In this document: one piece after another, positions 18,650 to 27,772 of the stretch | How positions within the stretch are numbered: the stretch's first letter is position 1 | Layout of the letters: each line of letters opens with the position of its first letter | DNA from: Nanobdella aerobiophila | GTDB lineage: Archaea; Nanobdellota; Nanobdellia; Nanobdellales; Nanobdellaceae | Assembly: GCF_023169545.1 (NCBI RefSeq) | Contig: NZ_AP019769.1 | Coordinates: forward strand, 360,001 to 392,000 | Length of the DNA stretch: 32,000 nt | Direction: 5' to 3' | The notes under the pieces: model-generated | The model's input: the letters and a program-made list of their open reading frames with translations, nothing else | The model's database searches: none | What the model was told of the DNA's origin: nothing | Made by a program: the position numbers and the translations under genes

Positions 18650-20016
18650 TCAAAAATAAAATTAAAATCTTCATAAATCCTATAATTTCTTCCATTTAAA
18701 TCATACACTGGCTTTTCTAACTTATTTATTATATCATATATCTTGTTTTTATCTCCCTTTATTTCTTCAATATTCTTTGATTCCTGATTATAATATTTTA
18801 TAGTATAAATATTATCTTTAGTTTCCTTTTCTCCAATATATATAATTATAGATGGCTTGTAACTCGATTCCAGTATTCTTATCGTATTACTTAATTCAAC
18901 TTTAGATGAATTTATTATAACCGCTCTCAACTTACCATTTACGAATTCCTTATATAAATTATTTGAATATTCTTCAATACTCTTATCTTTTGCTCCGTCT
19001 CCTGTCTTTATCTTTACTACAGCTATTTGTATAGGATTCAATGTAAATGGTAACCTACCTTTAAAGGACTCTAGATATGCGCCACTAAATCTTTCTATAG
19101 ATCCTATATATGCTTTGTGTATTATATATAAATTATCTTTATCTAATGTTTCCTTTAATAGATCTAATAATCTAAAATTCCTGGGCAAATTAAAATCTAA
19201 TTGTATTGTACCAAGCTGCCATTCCTTTTCACCAATCTTTAATGTAAAATCAAACTTTGGTCCATAAAATGCGGCCTCTCCAATGCCCTCATATGTAGCA
19301 AAATTATATTTCTTCGCTAATTTATTCATTACATTTCTCATTATATTTTCTACATATTCCCAGTCTTCCTTTTTACCAGAATATTCATTCATCTTATTTG
19401 GATCATGCAGACTTAATCTAACCTTAAAATCAGACTTCTTTAGATCTATTAAGAAAACTCTATCATATAACAAAATCATTTCTTCTAATAATTTCTCGAT
19501 TTCAGACTCTAATTGTTCTGGTAATATAAATATGTGGGAGTCATCTTGTGTAAAAGATCTGACTCTTAATAGTCCATATACACTGCCTGAGGGTTCATAC
19601 CTATGTACAGTACCAAGTTCAAATATCCTAAATGGAAGTTTTAATTTTCTATATTTTTCTAGTATGTTTATAAAGATTAGTATATGATGTGGGCAATTCA
19701 TAGGTTTTATAGAAAACTGTTCTTCTTCTATATTAAATATATACATATTATCCTTGTAGTATGATAGATGTCCTGATATATTATATAATTCTGTATTTGT
19801 TATAATAGGTGTTCTTGCAATATAATAATTTCTATTTAAATAAAAGTCTGTTAATATTTGACTCAATATATTATAATATAATCCTCCTCCTAAAGAAAAT
19901 AATTGTAATCCTTTCCCAATTAAGTCTCCAAAATTTTTGTTTAAATTTGCTATCCTTCTATCATGTCTTGCCAAGATATCTAGTTCATCTCCTATATCTA
20001 TATGGTCTTTATCCAT
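18646..20016 (-). CDS. thrS: Threonyl-tRNA synthetase, catalytic + anticodon-binding domains only
   Basis: SIKPMNCPHHILIF, VHRYEPSGSVYGLLRVRSFTQDDSHIF, GEAAFYGPKFDFTLKIGEKEWQLGTIQLDFNLP, IHKAYIGSIERF; no TGS or editing domain upstream of the catalytic core. Confidence 0.93.
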   Translation of the reverse strand: MDKDHIDIGDELDILARHDRRIANLNKNFGDLIGKGLQLFSLGGGLYYNILSQILTDFYLNRNYYIARTPIITNTELYNISGHLSYYKDNMYIFNIEEEQFSIKPMNCPHHILIFINILEKYRKLKLPFRIFELGTVHRYEPSGSVYGLLRVRSFTQDDSHIFILPEQLESEIEKLLEEMILLYDRVFLIDLKKSDFKVRLSLHDPNKMNEYSGKKEDWEYVENIMRNVMNKLAKKYNFATYEGIGEAAFYGPKFDFTLKIGEKEWQLGTIQLDFNLPRNFRLLDLLKETLDKDNLYIIHKAYIGSIERFSGAYLESFKGRLPFTLNPIQIAVVKIKTGDGAKDKSIEEYSNNLYKEFVNGKLRAVIINSSKVELSNTIRILESSYKPSIIIYIGEKETKDNIYTIKYYNQESKNIEEIKGDKNKIYDIINKLEKPVYDLNGRNYRIYEDFNFIFE

Positions 20017-20038
20017 ATATATTTAGAAAAAAATAAAT

Positions 20039-20488
20039 TTATATATTAATATTATCTATTTCATAGTATATTATATTCCTTTCAATATCTAATATTGCCA
20101 ATATAATACTGGTAATATTATATTTATCAAATATTGATATTATATCATCTATTTCTATAAATTCATATTCATATATTGTATATATGAATTCCTTATTATT
20201 GAGCAAAATAAATTTATCCTTTATTTTTACATTATATCCTTTATCTCTTAAATCCTCAAATACATAATATTTCTTAAAATCTATAATATTATTATATTTT
20301 TCTATAAAATCTACAAAATTTCTTATATTATCTAATTTTGCCCATCCTTTCTTTAATATATATAATACTTCCTCTGGTTCTAGGTATATATAATCACCAC
20401 CTAGATAACCTATTCTTCCTATTTTATCATAATAATTTTTTTCTAATACAAATTTATTATCTTTCAATTTTATTATAGCTTTCTCCAT
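20039..20488 (-). CDS. tRNA-splicing endonuclease, structural (non-catalytic) subunit-like
   Basis: YIYLEPEEVLYILKKGWAKL; KYYVFEDLRDKGYNVKIKDKFIL; lacks the catalytic H-x-K region. Confidence 0.8.
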   Translation of the reverse strand: MEKAIIKLKDNKFVLEKNYYDKIGRIGYLGGDYIYLEPEEVLYILKKGWAKLDNIRNFVDFIEKYNNIIDFKKYYVFEDLRDKGYNVKIKDKFILLNNKEFIYTIYEYEFIEIDDIISIFDKYNITSIILAILDIERNIIYYEIDNINI

Positions 20489-20898
20489 TTTACTTCTAGA
20501 AATATATCTTTATCTTTTTTTATACAATATAAAATATTCTTTCTAGTACTATGTGCAACTCTATTTTTTGATAAAAAATCATATGTATCTATTTTCTCTT
20601 TATCTTTTATTGGTATCCCTATCCATTTAGAATGTTCATTTATATTTTCATAAATCCTAAATACCCCACCAAATTTTAATCCAGTACTAACAATATAATT
20701 TTTATCTCTAAAAAGTTTATAGAAATGGTAATATAACCCTATCTTTTCATCTTTTAAGAAGTAGTTAATATCTAGCTTTTTTCCCTGATCATTATATACC
20801 TCTATTTTCTTATTTTCTAATAAATATAATCCTTCATAAAAATAAATAATTTTATCTTTATCCAAAAATATACCATTTTTATATAATATGCTTTTCAT
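20473..20898 (-). CDS. endA: tRNA-splicing endonuclease, catalytic subunit
   Basis: YYHFYKLFRDKNYIVSTGLKFGGVFRIYE...HSKWIGIPI...NRVAHSTRKNILYCIKKDKDIFLEVKW; Tyr/His/Lys catalytic context present. Confidence 0.87.
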   Translation of the reverse strand: MKSILYKNGIFLDKDKIIYFYEGLYLLENKKIEVYNDQGKKLDINYFLKDEKIGLYYHFYKLFRDKNYIVSTGLKFGGVFRIYENINEHSKWIGIPIKDKEKIDTYDFLSKNRVAHSTRKNILYCIKKDKDIFLEVKWRKL

Positions 20899-21112
20899 AT
20901 AAATATTCTTTATATAAAAAATCTTTATTTAATATATATAAAAAATTTATGAATAATATGATAACATTGATATAAATAAATATATTATTTGTAGATATTA
21001 TATTTCATGAACTATATGTATATATATTATATGCATTACCATAATATATTAAAATAAAGGTTTTGTAAGAGTTAGAAAATATTTTGTTATACAAATATGA
21101 TTAAAAAATTTA

Positions 21113-21185
21113 TGCCGTCGGAGGGAGTTGAACCCTCGACCTGTGGATTACAAGTCCACCGCTCTACCAACTGAGCTACGACGGC
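21113..21185 (-). tRNA. tRNA-Thr(TGT)
   Basis: Reverse complement GCCGTCGTAGCTCAGTTGGTAGAGCGGTGGACTTGTAATCCACAGGTCGAGGGTTCAACTCCCTCCGACGGCA; anticodon loop CTTGTAA; no encoded CCA. Confidence 0.97.
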
Positions 21186-21236
21186 ATTAATAAAAGTATA
21201 TAATAAAAGTTAAATTAAAAAATTAATATTTTATCT

Positions 21237-22088
21237 TCAGCTTCCTCCTAAAGATACTACAGAATCTGCCAAAACGGTAGGTATAGCACCTCCGTATTGG
21301 GCGGCATATCCATTTACTGGAGTTATTTGTAAATTATAATTTTCATCAGTAACTAATCCGGATGGTATATAATATATTAATTCGTAATTCTCTCCTGTAG
21401 TTAAATATACGCTTTCCTGATTTACTGCTAATCCAATTACTGCATATGGATCTTGTATTCCTGCTTCATTCATAGATTGCAAGAACTGGAATACCTGACT
21501 TATAGATAGTGGAACTCCAATAACTGAACTATTTATATTAATAGAACATGAAGATAAAGTATTATTTATATAACTAAAATTAATATATATATACTGATTT
21601 GATATATTTGTTAAAGTATTACATATATTTGTATTATTTATAGTAACATTTTCTACATTAACCTGATCATTGTACATAAATCCAGATATTAATATACTTC
21701 CACCCTCCAGAACACCATATATAGATGTTGGTTCATAATTTGATGGAGAGTATGAATAAACATTACCATTACTGGTGGTTAATAATGAATCTACCTCTTC
21801 TAGATTTATTGGACCAGAACCTGGCATTAATGATACAACAGGACCCATACCTGTAATTTCTTGTAGATAATTATCTAACTGTCCAGTATTTGGATTATAT
21901 TGGTATCCAAACATCTGGGTTATCTGCATTCCAGTTGTAATTCTACTTTCTGCTTGCTGTCCTGTCTGTAATGCTTTTGCTTGTAATGCACTTGCTGTAT
22001 ATATTACAACTCCTGCTGCCACTGCCGCTGTTACTATAATTGCTATTAATATTATTAATGTCGATAGACCAAACTGACCCTTTGCCAT
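21237..22088 (-). CDS. Archaellin/archaeal type IV pilin-like protein
   Basis: Class III signal/hydrophobic start MAKGQFGLSTLIILIAIIVTAAVAAGVVIYTASALQAKALQTGQQAESRI as in archaellins. Confidence 0.82.
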   Translation of the reverse strand: MAKGQFGLSTLIILIAIIVTAAVAAGVVIYTASALQAKALQTGQQAESRITTGMQITQMFGYQYNPNTGQLDNYLQEITGMGPVVSLMPGSGPINLEEVDSLLTTSNGNVYSYSPSNYEPTSIYGVLEGGSILISGFMYNDQVNVENVTINNTNICNTLTNISNQYIYINFSYINNTLSSCSININSSVIGVPLSISQVFQFLQSMNEAGIQDPYAVIGLAVNQESVYLTTGENYELIYYIPSGLVTDENYNLQITPVNGYAAQYGGAIPTVLADSVVSLGGS

Positions 22089-22136
22089 AATATACTAACA
22101 TTTATTGATCATTATAAATTTATCTGTAGTAGGTAG

Positions 22137-23243
22137 TTATTTTTTTAAGGTAAATATCGTTTCCATATGAAATGTATTTGGAAACTGGTCAATCAGGATT
22201 TTATTATTTATCTTATATCCGGCATTTATAAAGTAATCTATATCTCTTTTCTGAGTTTCTGGATAACAAGAAATATAAATAATATCTTTTGGATAAGAGT
22301 TAATTATCTTTTTTATAACGCCCTTACCCAATCCAGATCTTGGAGGATCTACAATTATTTTATCGGCACTTATCTTTTCTATATCTTCAACTCTAGACAA
22401 TAGGAATCTTAGATTTTTTATATTATTTATATTCTTATTTACCTCGAACATTTTTTTATTTTCAATACTATTATCTATAGCATATACATAATTAGAATAT
22501 TTAGATAATTCTATTGCATAAAATCCAGAACCAGAATATAGATCATATACTATATCATTTTCTTTTATATTTGATAGTTCTTTCACATATTTTAATAATA
22601 TTTCTGCTGTATAGCTATTTGGCTGGTAAAAATTATTAGGAGATATATAATATATATTATCTAAAGCCTTTTCTTTTATATAATTATTATTATTTAAATT
22701 ATAGTTAATATCCCCATACGATACATCAGATATCGTATTATTTATAGTCCAGTAAAAAGAGTTTACATATTTTTTTATTTCTTTATAAAATTCTAGAAAT
22801 ATATTCTTATAATATTCTATATTTTCTGTATTAGAGGTTACAATATTCACCATTCTCTCATTAGTAAATTTACCTTCTCTTATTACTATATACCTTATAA
22901 AACCAGTATGATCTATATTATTCCAGGGTTCTAATTTATTATTTATAATAAAATCTCTAAATCTATTTCTTATAATATTTGATTCTTCTGACTGTAAATA
23001 ACATTCATCTATATCTATATAAGAATACCATTTTTTGTATTCTTTTAATCCAACTTCATAATTTTTACCTACAGCATAATCCATTCTATTTCTATAATAA
23101 AATATTTTTGGAGATTTAATTACTTCATCTGGTTCTAAATTAAAAATTTCTATAAATTTATTTATTTTGTATTCTATTTGTTTATTATACGATAAATTTT
23201 GTATTTGACATCCTCCACATTTATTAAAGTATTTACATATCAT
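22137..23243 (-). CDS. RumA/TrmA-type (uracil-5)-methyltransferase (RNA m5U), Fe-S containing
   Basis: MICKYFNKCGGCQIQNLSYNKQ (Cys cluster), YDLYSGSGFYAIELS, VDPPRSGLG, IYISCYPETQKRDI. Track ORF starts at 23306 but ATG at 23243 (MICKYF) fits family starts better. Confidence 0.9.
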   Translation of the reverse strand: MICKYFNKCGGCQIQNLSYNKQIEYKINKFIEIFNLEPDEVIKSPKIFYYRNRMDYAVGKNYEVGLKEYKKWYSYIDIDECYLQSEESNIIRNRFRDFIINNKLEPWNNIDHTGFIRYIVIREGKFTNERMVNIVTSNTENIEYYKNIFLEFYKEIKKYVNSFYWTINNTISDVSYGDINYNLNNNNYIKEKALDNIYYISPNNFYQPNSYTAEILLKYVKELSNIKENDIVYDLYSGSGFYAIELSKYSNYVYAIDNSIENKKMFEVNKNINNIKNLRFLLSRVEDIEKISADKIIVDPPRSGLGKGVIKKIINSYPKDIIYISCYPETQKRDIDYFINAGYKINNKILIDQFPNTFHMETIFTLKK

Positions 23244-23280
23244 AATATAGAAATAATAAGAGTGCTTAAAATAATATATA

Positions 23281-23561
23281 ATATATGATATTGCAAATGA
23301 ATACAATATTAAAATAGATAAAATTATATTATTTGGATCTAGAGCTAGGGAGATTATAGAGGAAATTCGGATTATGATATATTAATTTTAATAGATGAAG
23401 AACTAAAATCAAGAGAAAAAATAAATTTTTGATATGAAATATATAAAAGAATACCATTTCCAGTAGATATAATCATAGTATCAAAAAATATATTCGAAAA
23501 ATACAAGGACTCCTATAGATATATTTATAAATATGCGATAAATGAAGGAATAAAAATATGA
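23281..23561 (+). pseudogene. MNT-type nucleotidyltransferase (antitoxin) remnant
   Basis: Manual translation: YDIANEYNIKIDKIILFGSRAR/(frameshift ~23349)/GDYRGNSDYDILILIDEELKSREKINF*YEIYKRIPFPVDIIIVSKNIFEKYKDSYRYIYKYAINEGIKI*; in-frame TGA at 23430-23432; no in-frame start. Confidence 0.82.
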
Positions 23562-23940
23562 AAGAAAGATACTCATAACTAGATAAAGAAAGTAGATACT
23601 GATCTAGAGATATGTAAAAAATTATATAAAGAAAAATATTATGATTATCCAAGATATCTCGCTCAACAATCAGTAGAGGAATATTTAAAGGCGTTTTTAA
23701 TAGAAAATAATATAGATTATCCAAAAACTCTTGATATAAAGCAACTAATAAAAATATGCAAGGATATTAATAAAGATTTTGAATACTTATATAAAATTTA
23801 TGTAGATAAGTTGACTATATATTCTACCGAAACAAGATATCAAGAATATGATTTTATTTTTAATGAAGAAGATGCTAGAAACGATAGATATTGCTAAAAA
23901 AGTTAGGGAATTCATATATAAAAAATTAAATATAAAGTGA
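23558..23940 (+). pseudogene. HEPN-domain (toxin) remnant
   Basis: Manual translation: KKDTHN*IKKVDTDLEICKKLYKEKYYDYPRYLAQQSVEEYLKAFLIENNIDYPKTLDIKQLIKICKDINKDFEYLYKIYVDKLTIYSTETRYQEYDFIFNEEDA/(frameshift ~23879)/ETIDIAKKVREFIYKKLNIK*; TAG at 23580-23582. Confidence 0.82.
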
Positions 23941-23941
23941 A

Positions 23942-24270
23942 GGTATTTATTTTTTAATTATAAAATGTAATAAAAATATATATAAATATTGGAAAATTAG
24001 GAAGAATAAAGTTTGGACCTGGTTATTATATTTATATAGAATCTGCATTAAATAATTTAAAAAAAAAGAATTCAAAGACATTTAAAGAAAAATAAGAAAG
24101 TACATCAGCATATTGATTACCTAACAACAAATGAAAACTTTAAAATAATAGAAGTTTATTACATTAAAACAAATGAAAAAAATTGAATGTAAGATATCAA
24201 GAATTTGGAAATTTTGATTGTAAAGGTAATTCACATTTATTTTATTCTAAAAATTTGAAAAAATAGAAAA
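23942..24270 (+). pseudogene. DUF123 (GIY-YIG-like nuclease) family remnant
   Basis: Manual multi-frame translation: GIYFLIIKCNKNI../..INIGKLGRIKFGPGYYIYIESALNNLKK/KRIQRHLKKNKKVHQHIDYLTTNENFKIIEVYYIKTNEK/ECKISRIWKF/DCKGNSHLFYSKNLKK*; matches GKLGxxxFxxGxYxYxGSAxxxLxxRIxRHLxxxKxxHWHIDYLL...EC...DCxxxSHLF with several frameshifts. Confidence 0.78.
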
Positions 24271-24272
24271 AA

Positions 24273-25420
24273 TTATGAATAATACAATGCATAAATACCA
24301 AAACCGGATGGACTAAATGTATTATTTGTAGATATTATATTTCCTGAACCTCCTACTATCTTTTCTATTATATAATTACCTGTAGGTATATTTGTAAATG
24401 TAATATTAGCATTTAATGACCCTATTAATAATATTCCAGAAGCAAAGTTATATTGTATAGTATTATTTATTATTGAACTTGCAAAACTATTTGCATTATT
24501 AATAAATCCTGAACCTATATAATTTATATCAATAGTTCCTGTTGATACAGTTAAATTATTTATAGTTCCATTATTATTTATAGCTACACCTAACTGTGAA
24601 TTATAATCATATATATTTGATGCATTACCATATATATTAAGTCCGAATATTCCTCCATATGCTGTAACATTATTAATATAATTATTATTTGTTTCATATA
24701 ATCCAAATACAGATCCTACTTTTATTAAATCATTTAATATATAATTATTTCCTGATCCTAAATCTATACCAAATATATTACTATCAATATTATTATTTTC
24801 TATATAATTATTATATCCATTATTTAATTTTATACCAAATATATTACTATCAACATTATTATTATTTATCGTATTATTTATCGCATTTCCATCTAAATCT
24901 ATACCAAATATATTCGCATTAATATTATTATTATTTATTATAATATTTTCTGGATTATTATCATATATACCCCACACACTTGATTGTATATTTGAATTCT
25001 CTATTGTAGAATTCTGGAATGTACCTGTTCCATATATTGCTCCTATATTTCCATTTATTGTACTATTATATATATTTAATATTGATGGATTTTCTACTTG
25101 TATACCAAATAATCCAGAATTTATATTTGAATTATATATATTTACTGTTCCATTTGTTAATCTTAATGCAAATAAATTAGTTTGTATATTTATATTAGTT
25201 ATATTTACATTTGAAGATTCTATATTTATTACAGGTAGTCCTGGATTAGCAGGCTCAAATAGTACATTTCCAGATCCTAATAATTCTATATTTTTACCTT
25301 GTGGATTTATATTTAAATTAACTAAATATATTCCTTGAGGGAATACTACAATTGGTATATTATTATTTATTGATCCTTGTATTATATTATTTATTTGATT
25401 ATTAGTTAATGAATTATTTA
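24273..25420 (-). repeat. Degenerate protein-level beta-helix coil repeats (approx. boundaries) inside the surface protein
   Basis: Recurring [NI]xxxx[NIF]G[I/L]xLxx..NNxIxNNNI units of roughly 20-24 aa. Confidence 0.7.
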
Positions 25421-27671
25421 TTACAGTTATATTTTGTGAATTAGGAGAGAAATATATAACTTGTTCTGGAGTTATATTATATAATCCATAATTATTATAT
25501 CCATATATTCTATAATATAATTGATAATATTGTCCATTATATTTAGAATATTCTTGTAATAAACCATTATAAAATACATCATTACATTCTGTAGAACTAG
25601 ATATAGTTACCCATTGATTATTTGATTGATTCAAGAATTGTATATTACAATAATCTATACCTTCTGTATTATCATATACATTTCCATATATTTGTAATAA
25701 CCATAGATTACTTATATATCCATTACTTGGAGTTGGAGATGTATATGATACATTAAATACAGGTTCAGGTAATTGATAGATATATATTCCTGTACTATTT
25801 ACAATATTATTATAAGATTCTGTAGATAATTCTATGCTAATATTTCCTCCATTTGGTATAATATTATATAATGAAGGTAGTCCATTTGATGAATTATTAT
25901 ATCTTAAATATATATTATTTATTCCTGGAGTTACATTTATATTATATTTATTTCCATTAATTGTTATATTTACATTTGGATAATTTGTATAGAATGTTAA
26001 ATTTAATCCATAATAATTACTTTTAGTATTATTATTTGGAGATATAATATATATAATAGGATATGGATATACATTTAATGTAAATATTGAAATATTTGAT
26101 AGTCCTGTTACTTGGTCTATTCCTAAAAATGTTATATTGTATTGTTGATAACTATTTACATTCGGAGCAGTTATTGTAAATATTTGACTTCCTCCAGAAG
26201 TAATATTAACTTCTGCTGGAGAGCATGTAACACTTGATGGAGACAAACATCTTAGTGTTAAATTATTTCCTAAATTATCTGTTCCAGATACTTGTATAGA
26301 TATTGACTGTCCTGAATTTAAATTTCCAGATGTCTGATTAAGTGCTATATTTATATTTTCTATCACTACTGTAACATTTACTTGTGTTTTATTTGTTACT
26401 ATATCTGTTGCAGTAACATTTATTATATACAATCCTTGAGATGCTGAACTTGGTACAGATATATCTAAACTTGTAGAACCTCCTGAAGGGATTATTACAC
26501 TATTTTGCCCACTAAAGGAGCATGATAATGGGGAAGGACAAGAAGCACTTATATTTAAATTATCTCCATAATTATCTGAAGCTGTTATAATAGTTGAACT
26601 ATTTGAACCTGGTGATAAAGTAATAGAGGATGGATTAGAGCTTACATTAATTAATTCTTGTGGAACATTTACCGTTATTGTTGTAGAATTTGTTGCATTA
26701 TTCTCAGATATTCCATTTATTGTCACTGTATAAGTACCCGGTGTTATTGATGTTGTTGAATTTATATATAATGTTACTGTTGTATTTGGAGTTGCTGTAT
26801 TATTTGAAAGATAACATCCTAAATTAGTATTTGAAGTTGAACAAGACAAATTTACTGGTAAAGGTGTATTTCCAGTTAGTTGAGTTAATTGTATATTATC
26901 TGTTATTGTTTTACCTGGTATTTCGGTAATTAGATTACTAGAAGGTATCAATTCGAATGTAAATACTGGAAAAGCATATACAAATACTGAAGCATAGTTT
27001 GTTGTACCTGGTCCACCAACATTTGCATCAAAAGTAAAAGAATAGGATCCTGGAGCTAAATCTTGACATCCCGCAGCATATACTGCATTATTAGGATTAT
27101 TAGCAGGACCTGCTTCTTCATAATTTATTTCTGAACACCCAGCAGGTAAAGTTACAGTAGTTATACCAGCCTGTCCATTATTACTTCCAGCAGCTAATAA
27201 TATAAATACAGTTTCATTTTGTCCATTTACATTAAAAGATACAGATTGTGTAGCACTTTTTCTAAAATTAAATGTTAAATTATCTAATATTAGATATTGA
27301 GAATAATTATTTATAGTTAATCCAATTAATGCATTATTTCCATTTCCTGCTGGACCTCCTCGATTAAATGTATATGAACATGAATTTTGTGTATTATTAC
27401 CTATAACTGAATATCCACTATTATCTACTAATATATTAAAGTATGGAACTATAGTACTTCCACCATTTACAGAAGCTGTACAATAATATAGATTTCCTAA
27501 AGGTAAATTAACACTCACTGAATTAGATCCTGGTCCAGGGTTTGCATTTGTTCCATTATATCCAACTAATGTTGCTCCTACGGCAGAGAATACACTATTT
27601 ACAGAAAAAATAGAGAGTATAGATAAAATAACTAGTATATATATTTTTTTTATTAAGAATTTATATACCAT
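24273..27671 (-). CDS. Large secreted surface protein: signal peptide, three Ig/NEW3-like repeats, C-terminal right-handed beta-helix
   Basis: N-terminal MVYKFLIKKIYILVILSILSIFSVNSVFSA signal; beta-sandwich repeats with paired Cys; C-terminal NNNNINANIFGIDLDGNAINNTINNNNVDSNIFGIKLNNGYNNYIENNNIDSNIFGIDLG repeats; very high density of N-x-S/T. Confidence 0.85.
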   Translation of the reverse strand: MVYKFLIKKIYILVILSILSIFSVNSVFSAVGATLVGYNGTNANPGPGSNSVSVNLPLGNLYYCTASVNGGSTIVPYFNILVDNSGYSVIGNNTQNSCSYTFNRGGPAGNGNNALIGLTINNYSQYLILDNLTFNFRKSATQSVSFNVNGQNETVFILLAAGSNNGQAGITTVTLPAGCSEINYEEAGPANNPNNAVYAAGCQDLAPGSYSFTFDANVGGPGTTNYASVFVYAFPVFTFELIPSSNLITEIPGKTITDNIQLTQLTGNTPLPVNLSCSTSNTNLGCYLSNNTATPNTTVTLYINSTTSITPGTYTVTINGISENNATNSTTITVNVPQELINVSSNPSSITLSPGSNSSTIITASDNYGDNLNISASCPSPLSCSFSGQNSVIIPSGGSTSLDISVPSSASQGLYIINVTATDIVTNKTQVNVTVVIENINIALNQTSGNLNSGQSISIQVSGTDNLGNNLTLRCLSPSSVTCSPAEVNITSGGSQIFTITAPNVNSYQQYNITFLGIDQVTGLSNISIFTLNVYPYPIIYIISPNNNTKSNYYGLNLTFYTNYPNVNITINGNKYNINVTPGINNIYLRYNNSSNGLPSLYNIIPNGGNISIELSTESYNNIVNSTGIYIYQLPEPVFNVSYTSPTPSNGYISNLWLLQIYGNVYDNTEGIDYCNIQFLNQSNNQWVTISSSTECNDVFYNGLLQEYSKYNGQYYQLYYRIYGYNNYGLYNITPEQVIYFSPNSQNITVINNSLTNNQINNIIQGSINNNIPIVVFPQGIYLVNLNINPQGKNIELLGSGNVLFEPANPGLPVINIESSNVNITNINIQTNLFALRLTNGTVNIYNSNINSGLFGIQVENPSILNIYNSTINGNIGAIYGTGTFQNSTIENSNIQSSVWGIYDNNPENIIINNNNINANIFGIDLDGNAINNTINNNNVDSNIFGIKLNNGYNNYIENNNIDSNIFGIDLGSGNNYILNDLIKVGSVFGLYETNNNYINNVTAYGGIFGLNIYGNASNIYDYNSQLGVAINNNGTINNLTVSTGTIDINYIGSGFINNANSFASSIINNTIQYNFASGILLIGSLNANITFTNIPTGNYIIEKIVGGSGNIISTNNTFSPSGFGIYALYYS

Positions 27672-27772
27672 TAGATAAAAAATACTTTATTATTAAAAAG
27701 AGTTTATTCAACATAATTAATTTACTATGTTGATAATCAATAAAGATTTAGGATAAAATAAGCTAAAAAAAT

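Noticed and set aside
19283-20036. Track ORFs 19283..19687 and 19809..20036 (+)
   Set aside because: Antisense to thrS, whose motifs are unambiguous.
20899-21112. AT-rich intergenic stretch considered as a possible ncRNA or promoter-rich island
   Set aside because: No stable GC-containing helices or conserved motif visible by eye; may only be trailer sequence downstream of tRNA-Thr and upstream region for endA.
23400-23620. Possible stop-codon recoding (TGA/TAG read as Trp) to rescue the MNT-HEPN genes
   Set aside because: At least two independent 1-nt frameshifts and no in-frame start are also needed, and intact genes in the window (e.g. WWDYG in AglB) encode Trp with TGG and use TGA as a stop. 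Decay is simpler.
23473-23724. Track ORF 23473..23724 (-), 83 aa
   Set aside because: Antisense shadow of the MNT/HEPN remnant; low-complexity Tyr/Ile/Leu composition.
24273-25420. Repetitive Asn/Ile-rich DNA resembling an array
   Set aside because: Not CRISPR: no constant repeat separated by unique spacers. The periodicity is at protein level (beta-helix coils) in one long ORF.
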